From Tubiluchus corallicola (Eukaryota > Animalia > Priapulida), in NCBI GenBank assembly GCA_030141605.1, contig JAQGDQ010000073.1, forward strand, positions 186,001 through 250,000: 64,000 nucleotides of DNA. Reading direction: 5' to 3'. The position numbers and the translations under genes are program-made. Of the stretch, positions 12,034 through 25,655 are shown in pieces (the stretch's first letter is position 1; every line of letters starts with the position of its first letter). The notes beneath the pieces are model-generated. The model searched no databases, was not told where the DNA came from, and saw nothing but the letters and a program-made list of their open reading frames with translations.

Positions 12034-12534
12034 TGATCATGTTAGGCGATAATAAGTGGGTAGTGAGAATGTATAAATAATTCTTCAGTTATTTTTTTGA
12101 CAATAATGATCATGTTATATGATCAAAAGTCCTTTTTTTGTAATGATCTATGGACTGAACCAAATGTTCGACTATCTCTTAATCAGTCAATAAACATATA
12201 TATATATATATAATATGAAAACGAGGATGAGACAAATCTAGTACAAATAGTTACTACAATGTGTATGAAATTCTAAACAGGTGTGTCTTTAATCTTCGCT
12301 TAAAACAGACTAGTAGACATTATTAATTTGTTATGCACAGCCTTGCTGCTGACGTCTACTGGGTACTACTGAGTTCCTGCAGAATTTAACATGTGCATTA
12401 TTTGAGTGGAATGGTCGGGACAAAAAGGCGGTGCATTGCTGTTTTACCTATAACTGCAGTACAGTACACTTGTCACGGCTGCACACGTGTAAGAGCAAAA
12501 GATTTTGTGGGGCGTCATTAAACTTTCGCTAGCC

Positions 12535-15500
12535 ATGAGTGTTTCTGAATACTTCCCCGGTAAATAAATAAATTCTAATTATTGAAGATTTATTTTGTTT
12601 AGCGAGCAATTGTAATATTGTCGTGCTCTGAATATGTGGTTATCTATAATCCATAATAACTGATGGGGATTTAGCGTATTTTCCTATTGATCCCTCTACC
12701 TTTTCTAGCGCCCTGTAAAAAATAAAAATTTGTGAAGACACCACCAGTAGAGGCTTCATATACTAGCTAAGTTTTGCTGCTCCCAAGAAGGCTTGTTAGG
12801 ATAATTGTATTTTTCTGGATGATTGGATTAGTAATTGGCTGACCGATCGTGCCCAGTGTGTGATCCAGAGCGAGGCATGTAGGTGAGGCGACCGACTTAG
12901 TGTTAACCGATAATACACTGAACTTCCATAATCACATTATGAGCAAAGCTAAAAAGGGAAACCAAATCCTCGTTCTGATATCTAAAACCATTACGTTCTG
13001 CAATGCAAAAGTTACACTTCCTCTTTACAAGACATTGATACCACCACATCTGGAATATCTTAGCCAAGTATGGAATCCATACTTTATCAAAGATATGAAT
13101 CTACTTGAAAGATACAAAAACGTGCAGTCAACATGATTTAAGGACTCAAACTGCTTAAATTACGATCAGTAACTAAGAAACCTGCAACTGTACAGACTCT
13201 GCGAGAAGACATAAAACAGACTCATAGAAACGTACAAAATCTTCTATGGATTTACAGATGTCAACCCAGACGAAATTTTCATTAGAAGTTCCAGTAGCTC
13301 CAGAGGACAAAGTTATAAGCTTTATCAGAAAAGAGCAAACACCTATAGATATCTGGTTTTTCCAATGCTGGGATGCATCTCTGGAACTCATTACCGTAAA
13401 CATATAATTAGTGCTGCATATGTGACGTGTTTCAAGAATAACTTGACAAACATCTCTGCACAAGAAATCTCCTGTTTTAACACCACCTGGCGTGCTTGGA
13501 GATAGAGCGTGCACCAAGAACGGGTCGGAGCTCTGTAAAGTAAATTACACAGCTCATTCGCCTTAAACGTTTATTATCACGAGCACCAAGGACTCAACAG
13601 ATAGCTCACCAACTGGTGAGATTTTGCCAGTGTTTATCCAAATGAGCTAAACTGGTGGACTCGACTACATGAGTAGGCAGATTATTCCAGGTGTTAACTA
13701 CTCTGTGGGCAAATACATCTTTCCTTTCATTCCATCTTCCTTGCAGTCTTGTTTTAAGAAGTTTAAATGGGTGTCCTGTGCATTTATATGTCTGTCCAAA
13801 TGTAGTCTAACTATGCCATGCAGTGTTCTATATACCAGTATCATATCGTACCTGTTTCACCTGTACTTGAAGGCGACCACTCTACAAGTCTTATTTCATC
13901 ATGCCTTGTTGGGTGCCATATTACATCTGCATAGTCTATGATGGGTCTTACATAGATCTGTACAGCTTCAACAACATGGGTGAATTCAAATACTACAAAT
14001 TCCTTTTTATGAGAGTTAATCTTTGATGTGCTTTGCTTGTGATGTATGCAATATGTTGTTTAAAATCAAAGTTACTATCAATTATTACACCGAGGTCCCT
14101 GTTTTCGGATCCCTTTATGCTGTCAAAAGAGAGAACTGATTATTGGTTCTGGCTTAATAAATGTGAAAATTAATCATAGTCTATCGTAAGGAAAGGAGCA
14201 GGTAAATCTCCCCTATTGTTACTTGTTTCGTTATTGTGATGCACTGCAAATAAATTTTAATACTTTACTGAGAATCTTTCTTTGTCAAACCAGTCGTCTG
14301 CTTGCTGTACGTTCTAAAATACAGGCTGCATGTCCAGCTTTGTGATGCTAAGCACTCCTGTCCTAAATTTTAAGTTCAACATTTAAGCTAATAGTCAAAT
14401 AACACAGGCATTTATTTTACAAACAGGAATTTCAAAAATAGAATATAAGCCAGATGCGAAGCAAGATGATGTCATGTGCTTCAAATACTATAATGCCAAA
14501 CAGATAGTTAAAGGGCGCTGTATGGAAGACTGGCTTCGCTTTTCCGTTTGCTTTTGGCACACCTTCCGTGGTACAGGTACGAAGCGAAAGTTCTAAATGC
14601 TGATCCAATAAATGTGGCTGTATTGTAACGTTTGGTGTTAAACGAAATGTCTATGTCTTTAAATTCAAATTTTTAAAAGTAGTAGCTCTATTATTAGAGT
14701 CAACTAGTAGTGAAATCATTTGCATTAATGGTTAGTTGATTTCTATAATTTGCTTAACAATAATTTTTGCACAGAAGGCCACAGTGTTGTTAAAAGTATG
14801 TCCAGTGATTGTACTAGATATCTATTGCCATCTGTTGTCACAAAAGAAGAATTATTACATACATTTTTATTTTTGAATGCTTGATTACAGCTGTTTGGCT
14901 GGGTTAAGCTTTGTTTTTGCTAAAATAACTTGGTTACAAAAACTATTAATTCTGCTTCATGACTAATAGTGACACTGTTGACTATAAATTAGAAATTCCG
15001 AATCAGTGTCTGGTTATGATGAATCATCAACATCCAGTCATAAATTTATTCGAATATGTTCAATGGCAATCTCAAAGAACAAACACTCTGGCCCACTTCA
15101 AGAAATCTTATCTGAAGAGTAGTTACATGCCTAAAAACTCTCTGTAGTTAGATTGTAATGTTGTACAAGCCTGTACAAACCTGAAGACTACCATTGGTGC
15201 TTCATGGTCAAATTTTGAAGCTAGTCTATGTATGCCCTACGATATTCAAAAAATCCTTTGCAGGTTGATTATGCAGTTTCATCACCTCGTGTGCCAGAAC
15301 TTTTCAGATTAAGTCTATTTTTAGTTATTATTTCCTTTGAATTAGTCAAGATTTATGCACCACGATGCTTTTTGGTGGGTTTCATTAACTCAGTAAAACA
15401 GGTTTTTTTCAGGAGCTTAATTACTTGTTCCATGTTCTACCCCAGTTACAGATATTTCTTTCAGATATATGAACACCAGATGACTGGAAGGGAGCACTCT

Positions 15501-18500
15501 TTTTTCAATAAAACATTGAAAATTATTTATCATATGGCAAGGTATATATTCATACCAGATAACCATTTCATGTTTTAATTCGTAAAAGGGAGTAATTGGT
15601 TCTCATTTCCAAAGTATAACTGCAGACACGACTTTGGCAAGCTCTGGTATAAGCAGATGTCTAAATGACTTTATTAATGACAAAGATAATGATAATTTAT
15701 TTGTAAAGCACACTAATCGACATACATGTCCATTATAATACATGTCTACAATTAACAATGACTGAAATAAAAATACAAGCATTCAATAAAAATTCACAAG
15801 GCAACTAATTAAACAATATATTAAGGTTCACACTAAGGCTTTAAGGCTCACACTAAATAAATGTTATGGTAAAAAGATTATTTTAAAAAGATTAAAATCA
15901 GCAACGCAACACAAGCTAAACAGTAGTTTATCATCACTACACTACAACAGCTTGAGAATTGTTGTATATATAATTTTTTTAACTATCTCAAAACTTTTAT
16001 GCTAGGTTCCGATCCATTTGGGGCACCAACATTACACAGACACTGGGATGATGGCACAAACTCGATGGAGAATGCCAAGCGAAGACTTCGCGTAGCCTTT
16101 GAATTTTTTTCAAAACTGGGAAATAAATATTGGACATTTCATGACAGGTAATTTCATGACTTGTTGACATAGTTCCGACCATAATGTTTTAGAAATTAAT
16201 AAATTAGAAAATAATGACAACAAGACGATTTTTGTAATCAAGACGATATTTTTCATTTTAATAGGGACATTGCACCAGTAGGTGACACACTTGAAGAGAC
16301 CAATAAAAACCTGGATGAAATTGTGGAATTGGCAGCTGAACTGCAGAAACAGACTGGAGTTAAATTGCTATGGGCTACATGCAACCTATTTGCTCATCCT
16401 AGGTGAAACTTTCACTCATATTTCGTAGTTGTGCACGACTTACAATTATCTCCAAATTTAAGTTGGCTGATATGGGATATATAGGGACATGTCTGGTTAT
16501 GTTGAAAATCTTATTTTAGTTGCAGCTGAGCATTAAAATTTAATGAAAGTTCATGCAATCAAAGCATCTTAGATTTAAGTGTCTGTCCAACCTCTAGATT
16601 GTGTTTTTTCAGATATATGAATGGTGCTGCAACTAATCCAGATGTTCACGTCTTTGCTTGTGCGGCTGCTCAGGTCAAAAAAGGTCTGGATATTGCAAGG
16701 AAGTTAGGCGCAGAAAATTATGGTATCCGAAACAACCTTATTTTCAGAACTTTTTTAATTAACTTAATATGTGATTCATATTTTAGGCTATAACGATACA
16801 CCTAAGTCACGATACGATACATTTCACGATACTACCTCACAATACGATACGCATAACAATACGCTTTAAGTTAACATTTGCAGGCTTTAATAAAAACCAG
16901 ATTAAGCTGCTGATATATAATATAATTATTATTAGATTTATCAAACAATTTTAAGATTGTTCAGTGCTAAGAAAATTCCTCAAACTATTTGACTTCTGTT
17001 TATACTATTGTACTGTTTGCGTTGTACAATGCAAAACATTTCAATACTTTTGATTTAAAATATGCTGATGGATTTTCTAGTCCACATTTGCTGCAAGCCA
17101 TTATAAGCAAAAATGTAATTAGCCTATTATAAATTTTTATAAACAGACTGTGCTTTCAACCGCTTCACTTTGGCTGGTAGCAGCAGGTCTGCCAGTGTCA
17201 AGTCTGCTAATGCTGAGCTCACTGCACAGATTGTTATGTATCTAGAGTACATTCTACAGCTTCACAATTGTTTCACAATGTTTTTATCAGGAGACCGTCA
17301 AGTATGTGCTAAATGTCAATAATTCAGATTATCGTGATACTGGTGCACTTTGATGATACACGTGTCCTTGCAAGGGGTATCACGATGCCTCAATAGATAT
17401 TCGTTGACTTGTCTTGGACTAGGGTAACAAGAAATTGAGTAAGTGTCTGTCATTTACTTGTGATCGTGTTGTCTTGTATTTTGTTAATGAAATTTTTCTT
17501 TTACCTCACATTGTCTTAATATTGACTAATTAGTATTCTGGGGAGGCAGAGAAGGTTTTCATTCACTCCTGAATACTGATATTCGAAAAGAAGTGACACA
17601 CATGGCCACTTTTCTCAAGATGGCAGTAGGTAAGAAATGTATAACTTAACTTTTCAGCATTGCACTATAAGTTTTTTTATTTAAAAGATTGATTCCCATT
17701 ATGATTCCCGGACCGTGTTACTATTATTTTACATATAACAATTATAATTGTTATTTTGTGACCCTTTTTCAGGGCATAATAGTAGTTTCTGTGTAATATC
17801 TGTCACTTGTGACACTCAGTGCCCCACGAAGTTTTCTGAAGGCTATAATTAAAGAATGAATTAAACTCCTTTTAGATATTGTGTAATGCAGTAGAGTATA
17901 GACTATACTGTAGTACTACAGTAGAGATATTTTACTAGATAGAGTCCATTTACCTTGAGGAAACTAGATTTTATTTTGTTCTGTCCAGACAGTATAGTTT
18001 GGTTTACTGTGAAAGTGTCTGTTATTTAGGCAACTTAAAGACCTTGTCTCCAGAACAGTAAATAGGTTCTTGAGAAATTTGTTTTAGCTAATACTTTTTT
18101 AGAGGCTCTGCTGTACTAAGGTTAAATTACATGAGACTACAAATTAAAAAAAATTATTTCACTGTACAATTCAGAGACTTTGCTTTTGTACTAAGATTAT
18201 AAGAAGAAAATAGGATTTGAAGGGCAACTTCTAATTGAGCCGAAGCCAAAAGAACCGACAAAGCATCAGTATGATTATGGTATGTTTCATTTACATGTTT
18301 TTATCATTGAAATTATCAGAATTTTGTTTAGTTTTAATTGTATGAAAATGATATTGCTTTTTGTTGGTAACTTGCAAAAAGACGTTCATATGTAAAATAT
18401 GATATACATAGATACAGCGTTCTATATAAAGTGTACTTGTAAATACCAGAATCTATTTTGTAAATACACTAATTTAGCAGGTGAGCTGCTCCGTAGATTT

Positions 18501-21500
18501 GTGGAGGGCAATGCTTGCATGATCCCAGTGACCCAAGACTATGCTGACCTGTGCAGTAGCAGTCCATTTGTTTAATAAATGTCTTAATATAGGAGAGAGC
18601 TGTGGATAAGCAAATGGATGGCTGACTATCTTATATACTGCTTATGCATGATTTCACCTTTCATTGCCCCAGTTATTTGTCTCCTTGAGAGAAAATGTGA
18701 ATCCATCCAAATGCTAAGACACTTCTGCTGGAGTAGTGTTAGATGCTTCCTATCAGGTATTGCTTCTTTGCAAAATGCGTATGCACAACAAAGTCAAATA
18801 ATAAGTTTTCGAAAAGATATCCCATATTGGCAAGACATGATCCGACCTGCTTTAGAATTTGCCATTCTCACTTGTGCAGTTTGCAAAGGAGTTGTATCTG
18901 TTAGGAGTTTTATAAGGCTCTGCACCAGTTCAGGGTCTTATTTTAGATGATTATCAATGTTACTATAATAGGTTTTGGCCATGTACATTAAGCAGGCTTT
19001 ATCATTGAGTATTCAATTGCAGTTTGCAGAGGTCAGAACTAAAGACATTTGTTTACTCCTTATAAATGGGTAGAAACAGCATAAGCTAGTGTTTGCATTC
19101 ACACAAAGCTATATCTGTCTCTGTTGAGGTCTCTGCCTTGTTTTGCATATTGTGTGTTAAAATTTAATCATAAAAATATTGTCATGCTCCTGTTTGCTTG
19201 TAGATGCCATGACAGTAGTAGGGTTTCTCAAACAGTTTGGCCTGGACAAAGATTTCAAGGTAAAAATCGTTTTCTGCTAATAATTTTCGTAGTATTTTCA
19301 TACAGTTTGATTTGACATGATGCTGCTTTGCATACATTGATGGAAATCATACTGACATGACAGATATTTTATGATAAATTTGCCATGGTTAATAAACTAC
19401 AAAACCAGGAAACTAGGAGTTAGTTTGGTACCAGGAATTATTACTACAATGACAAATTCTTAACAACAGTATTGCACTGAAAGCCAAGAAAATGGTTAAG
19501 CAGGTTGCCGTCATGCAGTAACTCAGTAACCACCTTAGCAGTTCTGCATGCCAGGCAGCTGATACTCCCTCATTAACCATTGAACTTGAGACTCTTCTGT
19601 GTATACTAGGACTTTTTCGTAAGCACTGTGATTGTGCAAGAATCGAACTTTTTGGTTTGTGTCTTCTACAATTACTTGCCTCAGACAAGTCATCTGGCTT
19701 TGCTTGTTTTTATAGAGTTGGTGGTTTCTGATTTCCAACCTTCAGTCAAAAACCCGTAAAATTTTGTTAAGTTGACCCTGTAGTCAGTATGTGCTCTTTC
19801 ATTTTTTATTAGTATGTTTTTAATTGTATGGAAAGCATCTTACAAGATCTTGTAACAAACTCCATCCTATCAGCAACTAGCTTAAATATACAAGCCGCAT
19901 TTATTTAATGGCACAGCAAAATAAGTATCCATCATTATTATTCATTCCAGTTAGCTCACATTATTATTTTTAAGCCGTTCAAATATGCAAGTGTTCATCA
20001 AGAGGTACACTGCTTCTTACTGACATTTTAGTGTCGGCTTTTGATGTGATGATTGGTGCTTGGACACTGTGGACACTGTAATGTCAATTTTTTTTATTTA
20101 CTCTTACATTTTTATTTGCTCTTGCATTGTTATTTATGCTTATAGTTTTGTTTATCCTTACATGTTTATTTTTGCCAGTTGAATATTGAGCCAAATCATA
20201 CGACCTTAGCTGGACACTGTCATGAACACGATATTGTCATGGCGTCTGTGTGAGTATTTGTATTGTTCAATTCGAATGTTGTCTTAGCATTTGTTAATTG
20301 GTATTTTAATAGTTAGCTTTGAGGTTACTTTATGAGACATTTGTTTTTGCTGTGTGGTAATACTGTACTCACAACATCCTCATTTGCGGAAGTGACTTAT
20401 TTTCTTTGTCTTGTGTTTTTTGTTTGTATTGCTTCTCTGTTCGTACAAGACAAATTTTTTGGCAACAACAAAGAAGCTTTCCCGTATCGTCTGTTGAATG
20501 AATGTTGACCATTATTGGTTCTTTCTGAAGAAGTGCTGACAAGCCACCGGCATAGCAGCCTCTAGTTTTTGTTGTATTACTGCTGCATTTACCTGTCTTG
20601 AGGGCAAATTTTGTAGTTTTAGAATTCTTCCTACCCAATGTGTACAATAGATGCAAAGCATGGATGATAATGAGTGGAGATATGATAATAATGAATACTG
20701 GTTTCTACAAATTTTGTCAAATATTGGTATTAAATTTTTACGTCCCATTTTGTATTTTTACCAGGTTTGGCATGCTAGGATCAGTAGATGCCAATACAGG
20801 ATCACCTGATTTGGGTTGGGACACCGACCAATTTAACATGGATGTAAAAACTGCAGCTATGATCATGAAGGTAATTTTCCTTTTTTTTTGTTATTCTTCT
20901 GCAGTAGAATATTATTTTGTGGATCAATAGTGTAATTTGAAAGAGAGTTTTTTCAAGTGTAACTATGGCTCTGAATGTATTTGAGTGCAGTGCTATCTAT
21001 ATTTGTCAAGATAAATTTGTGTGCTTGCATATCAAAATCGTCCAGTTAAGCTTTTCCAGTTATTCCCTCATCATGAATCTCCATTTCATGAGGATTATTT
21101 TGATACCAAGCTAATCGTTCTATGTTATTTCTAAGCTGAAATAATCCACTTGAAATTGAAGTGCAGGCTGTATACTGAAAAACATAACCTTGAGGAAGTC
21201 GCTGTTAAAGTTGGCCATTGTTTTTTGTCATATTTCTACAAAACACTTAGCAACTGCACAAATGTTTGTTGCTATGGACTTTGCAGGAACACGTCTTTGT
21301 TCTGTACATCTTCTTTAAGAGGTGTTCATTTTTGACGTTGTGCACACATTCGAGAGCTCATGCGTAAGCATATTGGTAACTTTGAAATATGAATTTTAAG
21401 CTTAAAGCTTGAAAAGTTTTGGTACAACGTATTGAATCTCTTACAGTAACACTGTACTTCAATCTTAGCTTTCGCAAACATGTACAAACTGCTCTTGGAA

Positions 21501-23932
21501 TGTCTGGCTTGTTAAAAATTATGTTCATTTGTGATGTCATCATTTGTTGGGCTCTCCCACTGCTAATTAAGATTTTAATCTATTATTTAATTATCAGAAA
21601 CACTTTAGCAGTATTATTGATGTTAAAATATATACTTTTTACTGTATTGAGAATGGAGTAGGAAATGAAAAATCGTCTTGTCTTCCCTTAACATTTTCTG
21701 TATTCAATTGCGCAACTTAAACAGCTATAAGAGAGATAAACTACTCTTGTTGATTATTACCATTTTTCTGTTTCCTGGACAGACTATTATTGAACAAAAT
21801 GGCCTACAGCCCGGTGGTCTAAATTTTGATGCAAAATTGCGGCGCGAATCAAGCGATCTGGAGGATATGTTTATTGCTCACATTGGTGCCATGGATACGT
21901 ACGCTAGAGGATTGCTATGTGCCGCAAAGATTATTGAGGAAGGAATCTTAAATTCAATGGTTGAGGTATGATTGTTATTTAGTGTGAGTTTTAAATGCAA
22001 TGTTTCGGTTATTATGAACAAGAGTTATTTTAACCTGCAGTCACAGATCTGGTGGTTTTTGGTGCTATCATTTATGCTAATTGATTATTTCAGTCATTAG
22101 TTTTAAGATAATGCCATATTTTTAATTAGTTAGATTATGACTGCGATTGCCTGAGTGTATATAATCTATTGCGGGTAATGAGTTGGAGAAAGAAGGGAGA
22201 TGCTGAAAAATTGTGGACTAGTCGGGATTTGAACCATAGACCTGGCATTAGTATTCCTATGCTCTGCCACATCTGACCAGAGCTACTAGTTCAGCATGAC
22301 AGAGTAGGGCCGAGATTTCCTTTTTGTAGCACACTATCTAATAGCTCCACCATTTTTGCCCGTTTTATTTTTTTTAAACAAAAATGGGTGTCATGCTCAT
22401 ACAATATTTGTTAGTAAATTTCGATATCTGACGAAATCTTAAGCGTGTATTGAGTCTGTTGACTGTACAACTTTTTAGCAGCAGTGTGATTTTTTTGCAG
22501 ACATAATGTGAAATAATGTATGGCAACATTTCAGTAGAATCATGCATTGTCTCATTGAAATTCCAAAAAAATTGCATTTGTTGTTGAAAAGGAAATGACA
22601 TACTTTGTGTGCAGAGTATAATGACATTCAGATAGCTTTGCAAGTAACAATGATACTTAATTATTTTGCTCATAGCTAATAAACAACCAAGAAAACCATA
22701 ATATGTTTTAACAATCATAAAAGATCAAATGTTTTGTGATGTTAGAATCAAAATTAGCTTTCGTTTTTGCCAAGTTATCTAAAATGTTCTGTGCCTTGTA
22801 CATTCCACAAATTGGCAATGTGAATTATGCTGGGTTTAAATGGTCATTCATACTTGTACAGCTGTCGTTATTTGAAGAAGGTCCTAAAACTGCGAGCATG
22901 TCATGAGTGGGGCAGCAGCAATTTTTGGCAACGACATTCATTTGTAACAAAATTACCTTTGTTAATGTTTTCCACATTATTCTTTAAAAAACTAGAGAAA
23001 AGAAATCTTCAAGTAAACCAGGCAAAAACAGAAAAATATATTATTGCAAGAGAGTAACCAGTCTTGGAAAAAGTGCAAGTACGTGGGCACTTTTCTAAAC
23101 ACCGAAGATGATATTAACAGTAGGAAGCAATGTATTTATGTTCAACTTGGGGTTTAACAATTACTCAAGAAAAGCAGATTGACACATTTCATAGAAGTCC
23201 TCTAAGGAAAGTTTTAAAGAGAAGATACATAATCAAAAATAAAGATTTATACACTAGAAGGGAAGAAATTTCTTGGAGTTCAAAAGTAGAGATCCGAAGA
23301 TTAAGATGACTAGGACAGCTTCTACCAAATGAAGCATCAGTAAGAATCGCCTTAAAGGAATAAAGCCTTAAAAGCTTGCAAAAAGATCTACCAAATCTAT
23401 CTTTAGGAGTAGAAGAACTTACGCTGTTAGCTGCAGATAAAAGTGTGTGGAATACTCTGATAAATGTTGATACTTCAATGCCTACAATAGGTGGAATGAG
23501 ACTTTGAAGAAGAAGAACCCACTCGACTTTAAACAACCGAACTGTGTAATGTGCATAAGCTTTTTAAATTCGCAGCAGCAAAGACTGCATTCTTCTGACT
23601 TCGTGGGATTTCTCAGAAAACTTTTGAAGTTCCATTTTCAAGAAAGTAATTCTGGACCAACCGACTGCACTGATATGCATCATCATCATCAAAATATTTT
23701 CCAGCTTTCAGATGATAAAACTGCAAATAGGCTTGGTTTTAATAAATTTTCATAAGTTTCTTTGTTATTTTAGAGGAGATATGCCTCATTTAAGACAGAG
23801 TTTGGCAAATCAATAGAAGAAGGGAAGGCGACACTAGAAGACTGTGAAAAGTACGTGAAAGCCAACAATGAGCCGAAGCAGATTTCTGGGAAACAAGAAT
23901 TGTACGAGTGTGTACTCTCACGATATGTTTAG
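12535..23932 (+). CDS. xylA: Xylose isomerase (class II), 12 exons, 439 aa
   Basis: Exons 12535-12559, 14427-14576, 16006-16147, 16265-16402, 16613-16722, 17534-17629, 18196-18279, 19204-19259, 20179-20249, 20765-20870, 21783-21965 and 23774-23932 total 1320 nt with no internal stop. Motifs: [61 protein letters not shown] at 24425. Confidence 0.97.
12800..13520 (+). mobile_element. Decayed CR1-type LINE 3' fragment in xylA intron 1
   Basis: [36 protein letters not shown] and FKNNLDKHL remnants. Confidence 0.8.
13600..14130 (-). mobile_element. Decayed CR1-type LINE fragment, opposite orientation
   Basis: The reverse strand gives [34 protein letters not shown] and [10 protein letters not shown] remnants. 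Confidence 0.7.
16784..17395. mobile_element. hAT-type MITE, copy 1 (same family as 36041-36676, opposite orientation)
   Basis: TAGGCTATAACGATAC terminus and CGATAC subterminal repeats. Body is colinear with the reverse complement of 36041-36676. The right end is eroded. Confidence 0.8.
21365..21555. repeat. Dispersed repeat, inverted homolog of 45710-45895
   Basis: Shared segments (TGATGACRTCACA..TGAACATAATTT..AACAA...ACATTCCA.GAGCA...ATATTTCAA) in opposite orientations. Confidence 0.7.
22212..22295 (-). repeat. tRNA-derived SINE head or tRNA pseudogene
   Basis: The reverse strand reads CTAGTAGCTC...TGGCAGAGCA...GGTTCAAATCCCGACTAG, with A/B-box-like motifs. The cloverleaf is disrupted. Confidence 0.5.
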
Positions 23933-25655
23933 CGTGCCAGTCTGCAGCACTGATATTCCATTACTATGTTTAGTTTGAGGGAGACACATTTATTTCAGCC
24001 ACACTTCGTTATTGTAATACATAAAATAGCTCATCGTAGTCTGTTTTGACCCTGTTTCTGCACTGTTTCTCTGTTAAAGTTAGACTTCACATGTAAGATT
24101 ATAGTCTAAGATGTAATGTAATACACCAGGCTGAAATTATTTAACAGAATAGGAAATCTTGTGGCTTTATTATCATGTCTGCTGCAACTGACTAGCTGTC
24201 CAATTGAACTGAATTTTTCGTGAACTGCTACCATCCTTTTTATTGCTTTACAAAACTGAAGTCCATAAGTGTTTTGTAGATTTGAGGCAGACAAACAAAA
24301 ACATACAGACATATCATGTCTGCAGTTATATAGGTTGTGAAATAACGTATCACATATGTTGGTCGTGAAATGTCCAAATTTCTATCCTCTGCACATCAGT
24401 GTTCTTGATGAATTGTTGTATCTTAATAAATTTATGCATTTTCATTATAAACTGAAAAGAAATGTTAGCTATACCAGATTAGCTTTAATCATTATTCACC
24501 ATTGTTTACAGCAAATACGCCATTTACTGTCACAAGATAAATTACCTATGAGCAAAAATGCAAAACAAAATATAAAAACTCATTTCGCAAAAGCCTTTGG
24601 TGTTTACAAATACAGTTGAATTGTTTCGGACTAGAAAAATTTATCCAAAATTTTGTATCGATTTCTGCAGGGCATAATGGGAACTTTGAAATCATTACTA
24701 TTTCAACATGTTTGGGTACAATGGTGACTTGTGCATGTTCAACTGCAGAAAATTAAAAATAATCTGCAAGAACTGCATTTTGCAACCAGATCATATAAAT
24801 CCAAGCAAATTTTATTGGCATGTACTTCGTGATGGCACTGATTAGATACTCGAAGTCAAAATTTTAGATCTTATGCAGTCTTACAAAATTTTGAAATACT
24901 TAGTTAAAATAATCAAATCTAGCTTAACAAAAATTGCCACCATGTTGGGAAACTATTCTCTCGTGTTTTAGAAATCTGTAAAAAGATGTGCCATGATCTT
25001 TGAAGAAGTGAATATCGAAACCTTTTCAAAAACATGATTTCTTAGTACTGTACAATTTCTGTAAAAAGTTTTTCTGAACCAACATTGTCTAAGTTCTAGT
25101 GAAGAAAATTCTAGTATGCTCTTCACACAACTGTTTTTATTTTGAAAGTTAACAAATTTCTGAGCTTGTAGCTATTACATCCATTAGCACCTGTTACCAC
25201 TAAAGCATAATTTAAGCGATATGCTACATCCTTTGAATTTTTTATGCTGTTATATTTAAACTTCTTCCCCATTATTTCAGCACAAAAATTTGTGCACCAT
25301 CTAATAAACAATTCATCATGGACATGATTTCAGAAATATTGCACACTAATTTGACTAAAAAATACCTTACATTTAATGGCTCAATAATTGGCAAAATTGG
25401 CACAATAACAAAATCTAATAACGTTAGTATCTAATAATGTTAGTATAGAACTCACTATTGTGAAAAAAGTTAAAAAATATTTAGTAGAAAGAAATCTGCA
25501 AAAACATAAAACCCACAATTTTTGGTGAACACCAGTATTTACATAATTTTGAGCATTGAATTTATACTATACAACTTGCAAGTCACAAAAATAAAACTTT
25601 GAGCACCAATTAATAACAGCCAATTATTTCTATCTTTACGAATACAAATTTTATA

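Larger units (their letters stand above)
8153..12212 (+). mobile_element. Near full-length two-ORF non-LTR retrotransposon (APE-RT LINE, Proto2-like), about 4.06 kb
   Basis: Short 5' UTR, ORF1, ORF2 (APE + RT + Cys/His C-terminus), 3' UTR with AATAAA (12189-12194) and an (AT)n tail. The Proto2 assignment rests on my recall of the LLLMDDT RT motif and the SHNLAIETGRW...C..C...H...C tail. The 5' boundary is approximate and there is no clear TSD beyond ATAT. Confidence 0.9.

Noticed and set aside
12474-12489. Carbohydrate response element (ChoRE) upstream of xylA: CACGGC-tgca-CACGTG
   Set aside because: The spacer is 4 nt, whereas ChREBP/Mondo-Mlx sites need 5 nt, and the first half-site is imperfect.
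17906-17923. Perfect 18-bp palindrome TACTGTAGTACTACAGTA and scattered TACAGTA/TACTGTA as transposon excision footprints
   Set aside because: A rough estimate gives about as many such 7-mers by chance in 64 kb of AT-rich DNA as I saw, so they cannot be distinguished without an empty-site comparison.
18480-18560. Functional HDV-like ribozyme in an RTE-like 5' UTR remnant
   Set aside because: It only loosely resembles RTE 5' ends, and I could not build the nested double pseudoknot.
12535-23932. xylA as bacterial contamination or recent horizontal transfer
   Set aside because: It has eleven GT-AG introns containing host transposons and is flanked by animal genes.
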